Assembly (NCBI GenBank): GCA_965216875.1
Contig: OZ244207.1
Coordinates: 2,176,001 to 2,240,000, forward strand
Length of the DNA: 64,000 nt
Source of the DNA: Rubripirellula sp.
GTDB lineage: Bacteria; Planctomycetota; Planctomycetia; Pirellulales; Pirellulaceae
Direction: 5' to 3'
A program made the translations under genes and the position numbers. Below are positions 10,082 to 19,168 of the stretch, one piece after another; the stretch's first letter is position 1; each line of letters opens with the position of its first letter. The notes beneath the pieces are model-generated. The model saw nothing but the letters and a program-made list of their open reading frames with translations, was not told the DNA's origin and did not search any database.

Positions 10082-10948
10082 ATGTTAAAGATGCGATTCC
10101 TCGCCGGATTGTTTGTTCTTGTTGGATGCGGCGTCTTGAGTGCGGCCGAACCGCGGCCGACGCTGTCGCTGGTTGTCATGGATCCACTTGCGGCACCGCT
10201 GTCCTGCCCCTGTGTCGAGGGCTACGCGCAGCGGGACTACAAAGTTCTTGCAGAACACCTCAGCGAGAAGCTCGGACGAAAGGTCACGGTTCACTTTGGT
10301 GAGACGTTGGCAGCGGCCAAGAAAAAGGCTGGCGGAAAGGCTGACATCCTGATCGGCAAAAACTCAGTCGTCATCTTCGACGCCAAAGAAGAAGGGCTCT
10401 CGATTGAGGCCGTCGGACGGTTGACCGACAAGACAGGGTCGGTCGATCAATACGGAATGATTGTTGTCAACAAAGACGACCCGGCCGAAAAGGTCACGGA
10501 TCTGAATGGTTACACCGTCATTTTTGGTCCCGCCGAAGCGGACGAAAAGCATGCCGCCGCCTTGCAGCTGTTGGATGAGGCGGGGATCGTAATTCCCAAG
10601 GACCGCCGCAAAATGGATGATGCCTGCAGCGACGGCGCATGCAAGGTGATTGACCTTGGCCCAAAATCCAAAACGGCTGCGGTCATCAGCAGCTATGCCC
10701 AACCGTTGCTCGAAGGTTGCGGAACGATCAAGAAAGGCGACCTTCGTGTTGTTGGCAAAACGGCTCCGGTCCCGTTCATTACCGCATTTGTTTCCGCTGA
10801 CCTATCCGGCGAAGATCGTGAAGCGATCGAAACCGCATTGGCGGGCGTTGCCTTGGAGCCGACCGTGATCAGCGCGCTTGAGTCGCTGGTCGGGTTCCTG
10901 CCTGTTGATGCTTCCTCCAGCCAATCGCTGGTCTCAAAAAAAAAGTAG
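10082..10948 (+). CDS. PhnD/SsuA-like periplasmic binding-fold protein, Cys-rich; 5' part of a putative frameshift fusion
   Basis: Signal peptide, DYKVLAEHLSEKLGRKV, YGMIVVNKDDPAEKVTDLNG and LRVVGKTAPVP typical of the phosphonate-binding fold. Carries SCPCVEG, ACSDGAC and EGCG. Ends ...SKKK* on an A9-G-TAG. Confidence 0.8.
   Translation: MLKMRFLAGLFVLVGCGVLSAAEPRPTLSLVVMDPLAAPLSCPCVEGYAQRDYKVLAEHLSEKLGRKVTVHFGETLAAAKKKAGGKADILIGKNSVVIFDAKEEGLSIEAVGRLTDKTGSVDQYGMIVVNKDDPAEKVTDLNGYTVIFGPAEADEKHAAALQLLDEAGIVIPKDRRKMDDACSDGACKVIDLGPKSKTAAVISSYAQPLLEGCGTIKKGDLRVVGKTAPVPFITAFVSADLSGEDREAIETALAGVALEPTVISALESLVGFLPVDASSSQSLVSKKK
10936..10948 (+). other. Candidate -1 frameshift / transcriptional slippage site AAAAAAAAAG-TAG (A_AAA_AAG)
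   Basis: Nine A at 10936-10944, G at 10945, in-frame TAG at 10946-10948. The -1 frame is open from 10909 to 12105. Confidence 0.65.
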
Positions 10949-12105
10949 CCACTGAACCTTCGGGATGGCCTGGATGGCGGGGTCGTCATCGTGATGGCCG
11001 CACCGCTTGGCTACCTGATTCTCTGCCAAAATCTCCCAACATCGTTTGGGAGATTCCGCTGACCGACAATGGTCTTGGCGGCATTGCTGCCATCGACGAG
11101 GTTGTGATCTTTGGCGACCGCGACTTGCCCGACTTTCACGATGTGTTTCGCTGTGTCGAAGCCGACTCGGGTGAAACCCGCTGGGAAGTTCCGCGTCTGG
11201 CCATTGCGGGGCTCGACTACGGCAATTCCCCGCGCGCTACGCCGCTGATTGTTGGCGACAACGTGATTTGCCAAGGCGCACATGGCCATCTGCTGTGCAT
11301 CGAAATCGCCACGGGCCGCGTCGTTTGGGAAAAAAACTTTCGTGATGACTTTCCAATCAACGAAGAGCTTCCCTGGGGTTATTGTGGCTCGCCGCTCTTG
11401 GTCGACGGCAAAATCATCGTCGCTCCCGGGTCAAGCGATGCATCGCTTCTCGCTCTCGATCCCCATTCGGGAGAGATCGTTTGGCAGAGCCCCGGAATCT
11501 TGCCCTCCTACGGCTCGCTGAATGCAGCGACGCTTGGTGGCGTGCTGCAAATCGTCGGTCACGACGCAAAGACAATCGGTGGCTGGGATGTAAAGACTGG
11601 CGAACGCCTGTGGACGATCCTTCCGGCATCCGATGGCGACTTTAACGTACCGACGCCTATCATCCTCGACGGCAAAATGTTCGTTGTCACCGAGAACAAT
11701 GGAGCACGGCTGTTTGAATTTGGCGCGGGTGGCCAAATCAAACCGGATCCCATCGCCGTGAATCCCAAGCTCCGCTCCGACATGACCACGCCCGTTGTCG
11801 TTGGCAACCACCTCTACTGCGTCAAGGGATTCCTCTATTGCCTGGACATTGACGATGATCTTTCCGAGCAATGGCGTTTGCGCGACAAGAGCCTGGGAGA
11901 CTACGCGTCGCTGATCAGTTCATCGGATCACGTTTTGGTCATGGGCAAGGGTGAGTTGCTTCTGTTCGATGCCGATGGCACCAAGAAAGTGAAATCGCGG
12001 CTACGCGTTTTTGACCAGCGCAGCGACCACTATGCTCATCCGGCAATTGTGGGCGATCGACTTTACCTACGCGGCGAGAACCGCTTGGTTTGTTTGCAGC
12101 TTTGA
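10945..12105 (+). CDS. PQQ-like/BamB-like beta-propeller domain whose N-terminal part is reachable only through the -1 frame of the upstream ORF
   Basis: The -1 frame reads VATEPSGWPGWRGRHRDGRTAWLPDSLP..., containing the typical N-terminal WPxWRGxxRDG motif upstream of the first possible start (GTG 11104). It continues with PRATPLI, GSPLLVDG and HPAIVGDRLYLR. Confidence 0.8.
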   Translation, partial: VATEPSGWPGWRGRHRDGRTAWLPDSLPKSPNIVWEIPLTDNGLGGIAAIDEVVIFGDRDLPDFHDVFRCVEADSGETRWEVPRLAIAGLDYGNSPRATPLIVGDNVICQGAHGHLLCIEIATGRVVWEKNFRDDFPINEELPWGYCGSPLLVDGKIIVAPGSSDASLLALDPHSGEIVWQSPGILPSYGSLNAATLGGVLQIVGHDAKTIGGWDVKTGERLWTILPASDGDFNVPTPIILDGKMFVVTENNGARLFEFGAGGQIKPDPIAVNPKLRSDMTTPVVVGNHLYCVKGFLYCLDIDDDLSEQWRLRDKSLGDYASLISSSDHVLVMGKGELLLFDADGTKKVKSRLRVFDQRSDHYAHPAIVGDRLYLRGENRLVCLQL

Positions 12106-12110
12106 TGCGC

Positions 12111-12146
12111 AACAAAAGAGCCAACGAGTTGAAAACCCGCTGGCTC
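12111..12146 (-). terminator. Intrinsic terminator for the His-rich lipoprotein gene (possibly bidirectional)
   Basis: Minus-strand stem GAGCCAGCGGGT/ACTCGTTGGCTC followed by TTTTGTT, between convergent genes. Confidence 0.65.
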
Positions 12147-12178
12147 GACGTTGGATTCAAATTCGAAGTGATTCGAAA

Positions 12179-12496
12179 CTATTCGCCTTCTGGCTTGTCA
12201 CCACCGGCGGCTTCCGCTTCATCGCCACCAGTAGCCTCTGCTTCGTCAGCGCCAGCCGATGCGTCTGCATCGTCGTCGCCTTCAGCGTGATCGTCGGCGC
12301 CATCTTCATCATGGTCGTGACCATCTTCGTCATGATCGCCGTCTTCGTCGTGATCGTGGCCATCGCCGTCAGCCGTTTCAGCTGTGTCGGCACTATCAGT
12401 CGTTGTGGTGGTGGATGATTTGTCACAACCCACTGCGAAAAGCACGATGCTAAAAAGTGCTGCGAACAGAGAGGTGTGACTGAGGAAACGTTTCAT
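12179..12496 (-). CDS. Small His/Asp/Glu-rich lipoprotein (105 aa)
   Basis: MKRFLSH...LFAVGC lipobox, then GHDHDEDGDHDEDGHDHDEDGADDH low-complexity repeats. Confidence 0.8.
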   Translation of the reverse strand: MKRFLSHTSLFAALFSIVLFAVGCDKSSTTTTTDSADTAETADGDGHDHDEDGDHDEDGHDHDEDGADDHAEGDDDADASAGADEAEATGGDEAEAAGGDKPEGE

Positions 12497-12698
12497 CGAT
12501 TCCGCCCATAAGATCGAGTTAGATTGAATGCCGGCCAAGCCCACGCCTTAACCGGTCCTTAACATTAAGTTGAATCCATTTTGCCCTCTTGTGCTATGTG
12601 CCAAACGTGGCGAGCGTCAGTTTTTTGAATAAGTTCGCGTTCGTTCACAATGGCGAGTTTAGGAAGCATCGCGACAATCAGGTTGTTGGTACGAGTAG

Positions 12699-13415
12699 AT
12701 GAGCCAAAATCCATACCAAGCACCGACGGAGACCGTCGAGGAATCCGAGGAGGTCGATTGGTCGCAGGCGACCGAGCTTCCGAAACTCCTCTTTGGCTTG
12801 CAGATGATTCAATGGGCTTGGAATAGCACTGCCGTGGTGCTGGGCATCCTGATCCTTGGCCCAATGCTGGGCAGCTTTCACTTCACCCAATGGCTGGCCG
12901 GCGGCGTGACGGCCCTTTGCGGATTGCTGGTTGCCTGCTCACCGTTTGCCTTGACAATGGCTGGCAATCGATTCGGAAACCAAAAACATGCGGTCATGGC
13001 TTGTATCGCGGGGATCGCTTCATTGGGATTGGCCATCGCGATCTGGGTATTCTTTGATGTTCAACGAAGCGAAATTGGCTTCTTGCAGAATGGTGTCTTT
13101 CTAGCGTTCACCTTCCTGATCGGTGCCGCCTGCTCCATCGTCCAATACCAGCGAGAGTTTTGCTCGTTCGTCGGTTTCGTGGACATTGGTCGCCGTTGCA
13201 AGCGTCTGATTTGGTTCATTATTGCCTTTTGGATCACTGGCAGCGTTTCGCTCTACGGAGTTCAGTGGATGCCAAGATGGCTTGCGCCATGGCTCGTCGT
13301 TGGCTGTGCTTTTTCAGGAGTCTTCTTCTTGGTCGAATTTGGCGGGCTGCCCGGAGTCATCGTCAAAGCTGCGAAACGGCGTCAACGCATGGGGAATCGT
13401 CTCTACGAGATTTGA
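12699..13415 (+). CDS. NPY-motif multi-pass membrane protein (paralog 1)
   Basis: MSQNPYQAP start, about 6 TM helices, similar to 15173-15865. Confidence 0.8.
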   Translation: MSQNPYQAPTETVEESEEVDWSQATELPKLLFGLQMIQWAWNSTAVVLGILILGPMLGSFHFTQWLAGGVTALCGLLVACSPFALTMAGNRFGNQKHAVMACIAGIASLGLAIAIWVFFDVQRSEIGFLQNGVFLAFTFLIGAACSIVQYQREFCSFVGFVDIGRRCKRLIWFIIAFWITGSVSLYGVQWMPRWLAPWLVVGCAFSGVFFLVEFGGLPGVIVKAAKRRQRMGNRLYEI

Positions 13416-13538
13416 ACCGTCGGTGTCATGTCGCTGCCTCGTCGCATCCTGGCGCCTACGGGGCTCGTCTATAATCTCTTGTCAAATGGGCACACTTGAC
13501 GGCTTCAACCGAAATGCATCCCACCTAAGAATCCCGCC

Positions 13539-15167
13539 ATGCGAACATCGACGCTTCTGGCAAGCCTTCTGCTTGCTTGTCTCTACATTGCGATCCAACC
13601 GACGTCCTCACTCGGTAACGATCGTTGGCAAATGTCAGGTTACCTGTTGGTTCCCAACGAGCGCGTGCCTGAAGACTTCGGGGGCGGCTTCTCGATGTAC
13701 GTCGCTGCCTGGCCGCTACTGGACAAGTATCCGAGCAACCGATTTCAAACCGGTTTGTTTGGAACATGGATGCACCCACACTACGACAACAAACCCGAAG
13801 AAAAACTTTACACCGACATCGAAGGTGGCCTGGGGTGGTGGCGTGACACGCGATTCGCGACCGAGACCCCCAAGTTCATCATGGGTGGCGTCGCACTCAA
13901 CTTCAGTATGTGGGCTAATGGTCCAGGCGCCGGCAAGGGTCGTGATTGGGATCGCCCCAATGGCAAGTACGCCGTGGTGCAGCTGAGCCCGAATGTGCTA
14001 TGGCCGCCGGATGGATTGAACCTCAAGCAAGGCACCTCTGGACAACTCTTTGGCTACGGCTACTTGCCTCTGCCGTTGACAGAACCAAAGGCCAGCACGG
14101 CTGGCAAGGACGTTCCGACCGGAAACCAATGCTGGACATTGTTTATCAATTCCGGAAACTACAAAGGACCACTCACGTTCTTTGCGCCCTACTTCTGGAC
14201 CAAGGCAAGTGTTGAGCGTCCAGAACTGTCGGGCATGTTCCTTGACTCGCGACCGTCGAAAGCCAACCGCGCCCTTCAGATGGAAACTCAGTATGTCCCG
14301 GCCGCTCAGTACGAAGACGAGAGCGGCAACCGATTCGCACGCGTTGCGCCAACGCTTTTTCCAATCGACGAAAATGGTGACACCGTCGTCGTCCACCAAA
14401 TTCGGTCCTACCGAAAGGACGCGCTGTGGAACGACGTGGAAGCTTGGTTCCAAGGTGGAACTGCCGCAACAGGGACCATCGATCCAAACCAGTCGATCGT
14501 TCATAAGTTTCCAGGTCGCGGGGGCGCAACATGGCAAATCTACGAGCAAGGGTCCGAGCGGAGCGACCGCTCGCCACTCGCTTGGGACTCTTTTGCCAAA
14601 CCAACCGCTCTCGCTGACGATACGTTCGGGTACCAATGGGACAAAGATCTGGTCAATCGGCGGCAATACAAGGACAAGCCCTACGTGTCGTTGCCCGAAT
14701 TCTACAAGCTGACCAAAAACGATCGCGGACGTAGTCGTTGGCAACCCGTGACAAAAGAGAACGCGCCCAACCCTGAGCGGTTGCCGCTCGATCGTCCTGG
14801 CCGCGCCGAGCAGCGTCCCTATGTCACTCCCGAGCAAGCCAACTCAAGCTGGAAAACGCCTGGACCTGCTGCGGGTCCATTCAAGGCCTACCCGGGCGAT
14901 GGCAGCGAGGTGACCTATTACTGGTACCGATTTGCCGACCAACCTGCTTTGCTGAACGCGGACCTGACAAAGCAAGAACGCGAGGCACTTCAAGCGCGAG
15001 CCGAATTGATCCATCGCAATTGGGGGCAGGACCGCGACTACTTGCCGCCCTCGCGAATCGGAGAGCTCGCCGAGCTCGATCCAAACTTGATTGTCACGCC
15101 GCCGAAAGGACTCGAATTTGGCTACGTCCCAATCGTCACGCGCCAGGGAACAGCCAAAATCAAATAG
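13539..15167 (+). CDS. Secreted Trp/Gly-rich hypothetical protein (542 aa)
   Basis: Signal peptide and conserved-looking motifs LYTDIEGGLGWW, TPKFIMGGVA, YYWYRFADQP. No family recognised. Confidence 0.85.
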   Translation: MRTSTLLASLLLACLYIAIQPTSSLGNDRWQMSGYLLVPNERVPEDFGGGFSMYVAAWPLLDKYPSNRFQTGLFGTWMHPHYDNKPEEKLYTDIEGGLGWWRDTRFATETPKFIMGGVALNFSMWANGPGAGKGRDWDRPNGKYAVVQLSPNVLWPPDGLNLKQGTSGQLFGYGYLPLPLTEPKASTAGKDVPTGNQCWTLFINSGNYKGPLTFFAPYFWTKASVERPELSGMFLDSRPSKANRALQMETQYVPAAQYEDESGNRFARVAPTLFPIDENGDTVVVHQIRSYRKDALWNDVEAWFQGGTAATGTIDPNQSIVHKFPGRGGATWQIYEQGSERSDRSPLAWDSFAKPTALADDTFGYQWDKDLVNRRQYKDKPYVSLPEFYKLTKNDRGRSRWQPVTKENAPNPERLPLDRPGRAEQRPYVTPEQANSSWKTPGPAAGPFKAYPGDGSEVTYYWYRFADQPALLNADLTKQEREALQARAELIHRNWGQDRDYLPPSRIGELAELDPNLIVTPPKGLEFGYVPIVTRQGTAKIK

Positions 15168-15172
15168 GGGTC

Positions 15173-15865
15173 ATGAGAATGAATCCTTACCAAAGTCCTG
15201 CTGAACCAGGCATCGACGACAATGCCGATGACGACAGGATCCCGGCAGAGGAACTGGGAAAGATTCTCCTTGGCTTCCGATTCTTGAACCTTGCTTGGCT
15301 CACCTTAGCCGTGGCGGTCCTTGCACTGTTGGCCATTAGTGTGTTCTTTGATTCGATCGTGATGGTGAGTCGCGCAGCTGGCCTGATCTTGCTCGTCGCT
15401 CTCGTGCTTGTGGGCGCGTCGCCAATCGCACTTCTGAGCGCGGGCAATCGGCACGGAAACCGCCGCTACGCTGCGGGCGCCTGTGTTGGGTTGGTAGCTT
15501 CGTTACTGTTCGCTCTTGTCGCTTGGCTGACGGACACGGGGGCGATTGTGTTCCTGGGTTTCAGTTGCCTTTGCGCCGGCGCTGCCTGCCTGGCCGAATA
15601 CCAACGTCGTTTTTGCGTCGCGTTTGGATTGCGCGAGCTTACGCGGCGATGCAACCGTCTTCGATTCCTGATCTTCTTATTTTGGGCCGGTTCAGGACTA
15701 TTGGTGATCGGACGCATATGGACGGCCGAAGAAACGACAATTCGACTGATAGTGGTCTCGGGCTTTTGTGCCTGTTTTGGCCTGATGGACCTCGGAGGCA
15801 TTCCCGAACAGATCATCCAAGCCGTCCGTCGTCGAGAGCGTCTTGCCGACCGGATCGATGCATAG
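15173..15865 (+). CDS. NPY-motif multi-pass membrane protein (paralog 2)
   Basis: MRMNPYQSP start. Shares AGNRxGN, YQRxFC, RRCxRL and GGxP motifs with 12699-13415. Confidence 0.8.
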   Translation: MRMNPYQSPAEPGIDDNADDDRIPAEELGKILLGFRFLNLAWLTLAVAVLALLAISVFFDSIVMVSRAAGLILLVALVLVGASPIALLSAGNRHGNRRYAAGACVGLVASLLFALVAWLTDTGAIVFLGFSCLCAGAACLAEYQRRFCVAFGLRELTRRCNRLRFLIFLFWAGSGLLVIGRIWTAEETTIRLIVVSGFCACFGLMDLGGIPEQIIQAVRRRERLADRIDA

Positions 15866-16212
15866 ACGCTAGGCTGTTCGCCTTGCTGGTCTAGCCGCGG
15901 CGTCGCTGCGAGCGGCCAAACAGCGGATCCAGCAGCTGGCGGCATTAGCAACGCCCAGTTTTGGCCAGCCTCCGATCAACGGAATCCAGCCAGCTCGCAA
16001 ACGGCTAGGCTTGCCGAAACTCGGTGGTTCCGGTAGGCTGCCGCACCTTGTGGCACCCTGGTAGGCGGGGTGTCCGTACCATTTCCCTACTTCCACTGCA
16101 CTGGGACGAAGGGCGAGAAGCACGTGTTTTCCGTGTTCGATGCCCTGGAATCGGTCCATTTTTGGCCGTTCTCTCGGAGCCCGCTGGTGGAGAAAGACGA
16201 GGATTTTGTCCT

Positions 16213-17013
16213 ATGGCAAACCCGATTGTTCAACAGATGATCGAAGCTGGTGTTCACTTTGGACACCGCACCAGTCTCTGGAACCCGAAGATGGCTCCTT
16301 ACATCTTCGGTCGTAAGAACCAGATCCACATCATGGACATCCGCGAGACGCTTCGCGGGATGTTGAGTGCCAAAAAATACCTCAGCCAAGTTGCTGCCGG
16401 CGGTAGCTTGATCCTTTTCGTCGGAACCAAGCGTCAGGCTGGCGAAGCGGTCGAAAACCACGCACTTCGCTGCGGCATGCCCTTTGTCAGCGAACGATGG
16501 CTCGGAGGAACACTGACCAACTTCCGCACCATTCGCAGCCGACTGGGTCGATTGGAAGAACTCGAAGAGCTTCGCGGCAGCGACAAGATCAACGACTACA
16601 GCAAGAAGATGCAGTCGTCGCTGAATCGCGAATACCGCAAAATGTACCGCAACCTGAACGGTTTGCGAACGATGAACCGATTGCCAGAGTGCCTGTTCAT
16701 TGTTGACCCAGGCAAAGAACGCAACGCTGTTCGTGAAGCGAAGCGATTGGGCATCACCACCGTCGCTCTGATCGATACCGACAGCGACCCAAGCCAAATC
16801 GACCTGCCGATTCCAGGCAACGACGATGGTATCCGCAGTGTCGAATTGATCATGCGTCATCTCGCCGATGCTGTGATCCAGGGCAAGGGCCAAGCAGCGA
16901 TGCAACAAGGCAAAGACGCTTCCGAAGCTGTCGCACAACCTGCGGCCGCCGCAGCAGCTGCCGACCAGCCCGCTGCTGCTGAGGCGACTGCCGAAGCATC
17001 GGCTGAAGGCTAG
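16213..17013 (+). CDS. rpsB: 30S ribosomal protein S2
   Basis: [35 protein letters not shown]. Confidence 0.99.
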   Translation: MANPIVQQMIEAGVHFGHRTSLWNPKMAPYIFGRKNQIHIMDIRETLRGMLSAKKYLSQVAAGGSLILFVGTKRQAGEAVENHALRCGMPFVSERWLGGTLTNFRTIRSRLGRLEELEELRGSDKINDYSKKMQSSLNREYRKMYRNLNGLRTMNRLPECLFIVDPGKERNAVREAKRLGITTVALIDTDSDPSQIDLPIPGNDDGIRSVELIMRHLADAVIQGKGQAAMQQGKDASEAVAQPAAAAAAADQPAAAEATAEASAEG

Positions 17014-17270
17014 GTCCCGACGGGGATCGGAAGTGGCGGTGATCACACCGCCACGTGCCTCGCGGCGCCATTGCCGCTCCGATCGCGCGAACACCACAAA
17101 TTCGCAACGCGTCTTACAAATCATCGGCTCGGTGCAACCGTACCGAGCCCGCGGCCAAATCAGTTGGTTTGGCTGGCAAGAACCCGCAAGTGCCAACCAC
17201 CTCCCCCTTTGTCGCTTGCACCCCCAATACAACGAACCATTCCAAATTCAGGAGTAGTCAAAGAAAGACA

Positions 17271-18248
17271 ATGTCTATCTCAGCAAAAGATGTTGCCGAA
17301 CTCAGGAAAGCCACCGGCGCGGGGATGATGGACTGCAAGGAGGCACTGAAAGAGTCTGGCGGAGACTTGGACGGTGCTCTGGAGTTCCTCCGCAAAAAGG
17401 GCCAAAAGGTTGCCGCCAAGCGTGCTGACCGCGAAGCCAACGAAGGCGTCGTCGTCGCACTGCTCGATGAAGCTGGCAACAAAGGTATCTTGGTTGCACT
17501 GAGCTGCGAAACCGACTTCGTCGCCAAGAACGACGACTTCATCGCGCTCACCAACAACATTGCCAAGCTGGCGATGGAAAACGGTATCGACTCCAAAGAC
17601 GCTCTGAATGCAATGCCATTCGAGGGTTCGACCGTTGCTGAAAAGCTGGTCGAGCAAACGGGTGTCATCGGTGAGAAAATCGAGGTCTCGGACTTCCAAG
17701 TCATCGAAGGCGACAACCTAACCACCTACATCCACGCTGGCAGCAAGATCGGCACGATCGTCTCGTACAAGGATGGCGGTGCCGACAACGCGGGCGACTT
17801 CTTCCGCGGTGTTGCAATGCACATCGCCGCAATGAGCCCATCGATCCTGCACCCATCGGAATTCGATGAAGAGCTTGTGATCAAGGAAACCGAGTCGCTT
17901 CAGAGCCAGATCCAAATCGAGAACGAAGACCGTGCTCGTTTGGGCAAGGCACTCAAGACCGTTCCTCAGTACTCGAGCGCCCGACAATTGACTCCTGAAG
18001 TCATGGCGGCTGCCGAGGAAAAGATCAAGGAAGAGCTCAAAGCCGAGGGCAAGCCCGAGAAGATCTGGGACAAAATCATCCCCGGAAAGCTCGAGCGTTT
18101 TGTCGCTGACAACACGCTGCTTGACCAAGAGCGTTGCTTGCTGAGCCAGTTCTTTGCTCTTGACGACACCAAAACCGTCGAAGCTGCCGTCGCCGGTTTG
18201 GCCGACGGAGCTGAAATCCTTGGATTCAAACGCGTCGCGGTCGGTTAG
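17271..18248 (+). CDS. tsf: Elongation factor Ts (325 aa, long form)
   Basis: [36 protein letters not shown]; syntenic after rpsB. Confidence 0.99.
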   Translation: MSISAKDVAELRKATGAGMMDCKEALKESGGDLDGALEFLRKKGQKVAAKRADREANEGVVVALLDEAGNKGILVALSCETDFVAKNDDFIALTNNIAKLAMENGIDSKDALNAMPFEGSTVAEKLVEQTGVIGEKIEVSDFQVIEGDNLTTYIHAGSKIGTIVSYKDGGADNAGDFFRGVAMHIAAMSPSILHPSEFDEELVIKETESLQSQIQIENEDRARLGKALKTVPQYSSARQLTPEVMAAAEEKIKEELKAEGKPEKIWDKIIPGKLERFVADNTLLDQERCLLSQFFALDDTKTVEAAVAGLADGAEILGFKRVAVG

Positions 18249-18281
18249 TCGCGAGCGATTCGACGAATCGTCACAATCACG

Positions 18282-18321
18282 AAACCTTGCCGGTCCCCCA
18301 ATGGGATCGGCGAGGTTTTTT
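18282..18321 (+). terminator. Intrinsic terminator after tsf
   Basis: Stem AAACCTTGCCGGTCCC/GGGATCGGCGAGGTTT running into a T-run. Confidence 0.8.
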
Positions 18322-18379
18322 CGTATCATATGCAGTCGCCCAGCTTACTACACGCGCGACAGCCAGCCACTGGAAGGTC

Positions 18380-19129
18380 ATGACTGACGAAAACCCCCCG
18401 CCATCGAAATTGCGGTACCGCCGCGTCATCTTAAAACTTAGCGGCGAAAGCCTGGCCGATTCGGGAGGCCGCGGGATTAGCGGTGAAGAGGCCGGCGACA
18501 TCGCTCGCCAAATTCAGCAGGCCCACGCGACCGGCTGTCAGATCGCTGTCGTCATTGGAGGCGGCAACATCCTTCGTGGCGCCCAGTTCTCGGGACGCAA
18601 CGCCTTGGTCCAGGACGCGACCGCCCATTACATGGGCATGATGGCGACGCTAATCAACTCGCTCGCGCTTCAGGATGCGCTTGAGTCGCAGGGGTTGCAG
18701 ACCCGTGTGATGTCGGCCATTCCCGTGGACAAGATTGCCGAGACTTTCATTCGTCGACGAGCGCTGCGGCATCTCGAAAAACGACGGATCGTGATTCTGG
18801 CATCGGGAATTGGCAACCCATTTGTTACAACCGACACTGCGGCCGCCCAACGCGCGCTTGAGCTCGATGCCGATGTCGTGTTGAAAGCGACGCGAGTCGA
18901 TGGGGTGTTCAATGATGACCCCGAAAAGAACCCGCACGCCGTGCTGTACGATTCGCTAACCTACAGCGACGTACAACAAAAGAATCTCAAGGTGATGGAT
19001 GCGACCGCAATCGCTCTATGCCATGAGCACAACAAGCCCATCCTCGTCTTCAATTTCAAGAAAGATGGCAACATTGTTCGCGCGATCTCGGGCGACACCG
19101 TTGGCACCTGGATTGGCAATCAAGAATAA
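18380..19129 (+). CDS. pyrH: Uridylate kinase
   Basis: [39 protein letters not shown]. Confidence 0.98.
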   Translation: MTDENPPPSKLRYRRVILKLSGESLADSGGRGISGEEAGDIARQIQQAHATGCQIAVVIGGGNILRGAQFSGRNALVQDATAHYMGMMATLINSLALQDALESQGLQTRVMSAIPVDKIAETFIRRRALRHLEKRRIVILASGIGNPFVTTDTAAAQRALELDADVVLKATRVDGVFNDDPEKNPHAVLYDSLTYSDVQQKNLKVMDATAIALCHEHNKPILVFNFKKDGNIVRAISGDTVGTWIGNQE

Positions 19130-19168
19130 CACAACCACCATCGTTCACCCTTCCCAAGGACGCTCAAT

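Noticed and set aside
11104..12105. GTG 11104 as the true start of the propeller gene
   Set aside because: It would omit the WPxWRG motif and any signal peptide, and the frame is open and protein-like from about 10945. Independent initiation is not strictly excluded.
8550..12105. Selenocysteine read-through in the Cys-rich cluster
   Set aside because: No in-frame TGA interrupts these ORFs here; the junction stop is TAG and the continuation is in another frame.
12588..12603. TGGCAC on the minus strand upstream of the His-rich lipoprotein as a sigma54 promoter
   Set aside because: No GC at the required -12 position (TGGCACATAGCACAAG).
16024..16212. rpsB autoregulatory leader and the N-terminal extension in the ORF track
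   Set aside because: The real start is ATG 16213. A leader structure is plausible but I could not match it convincingly.
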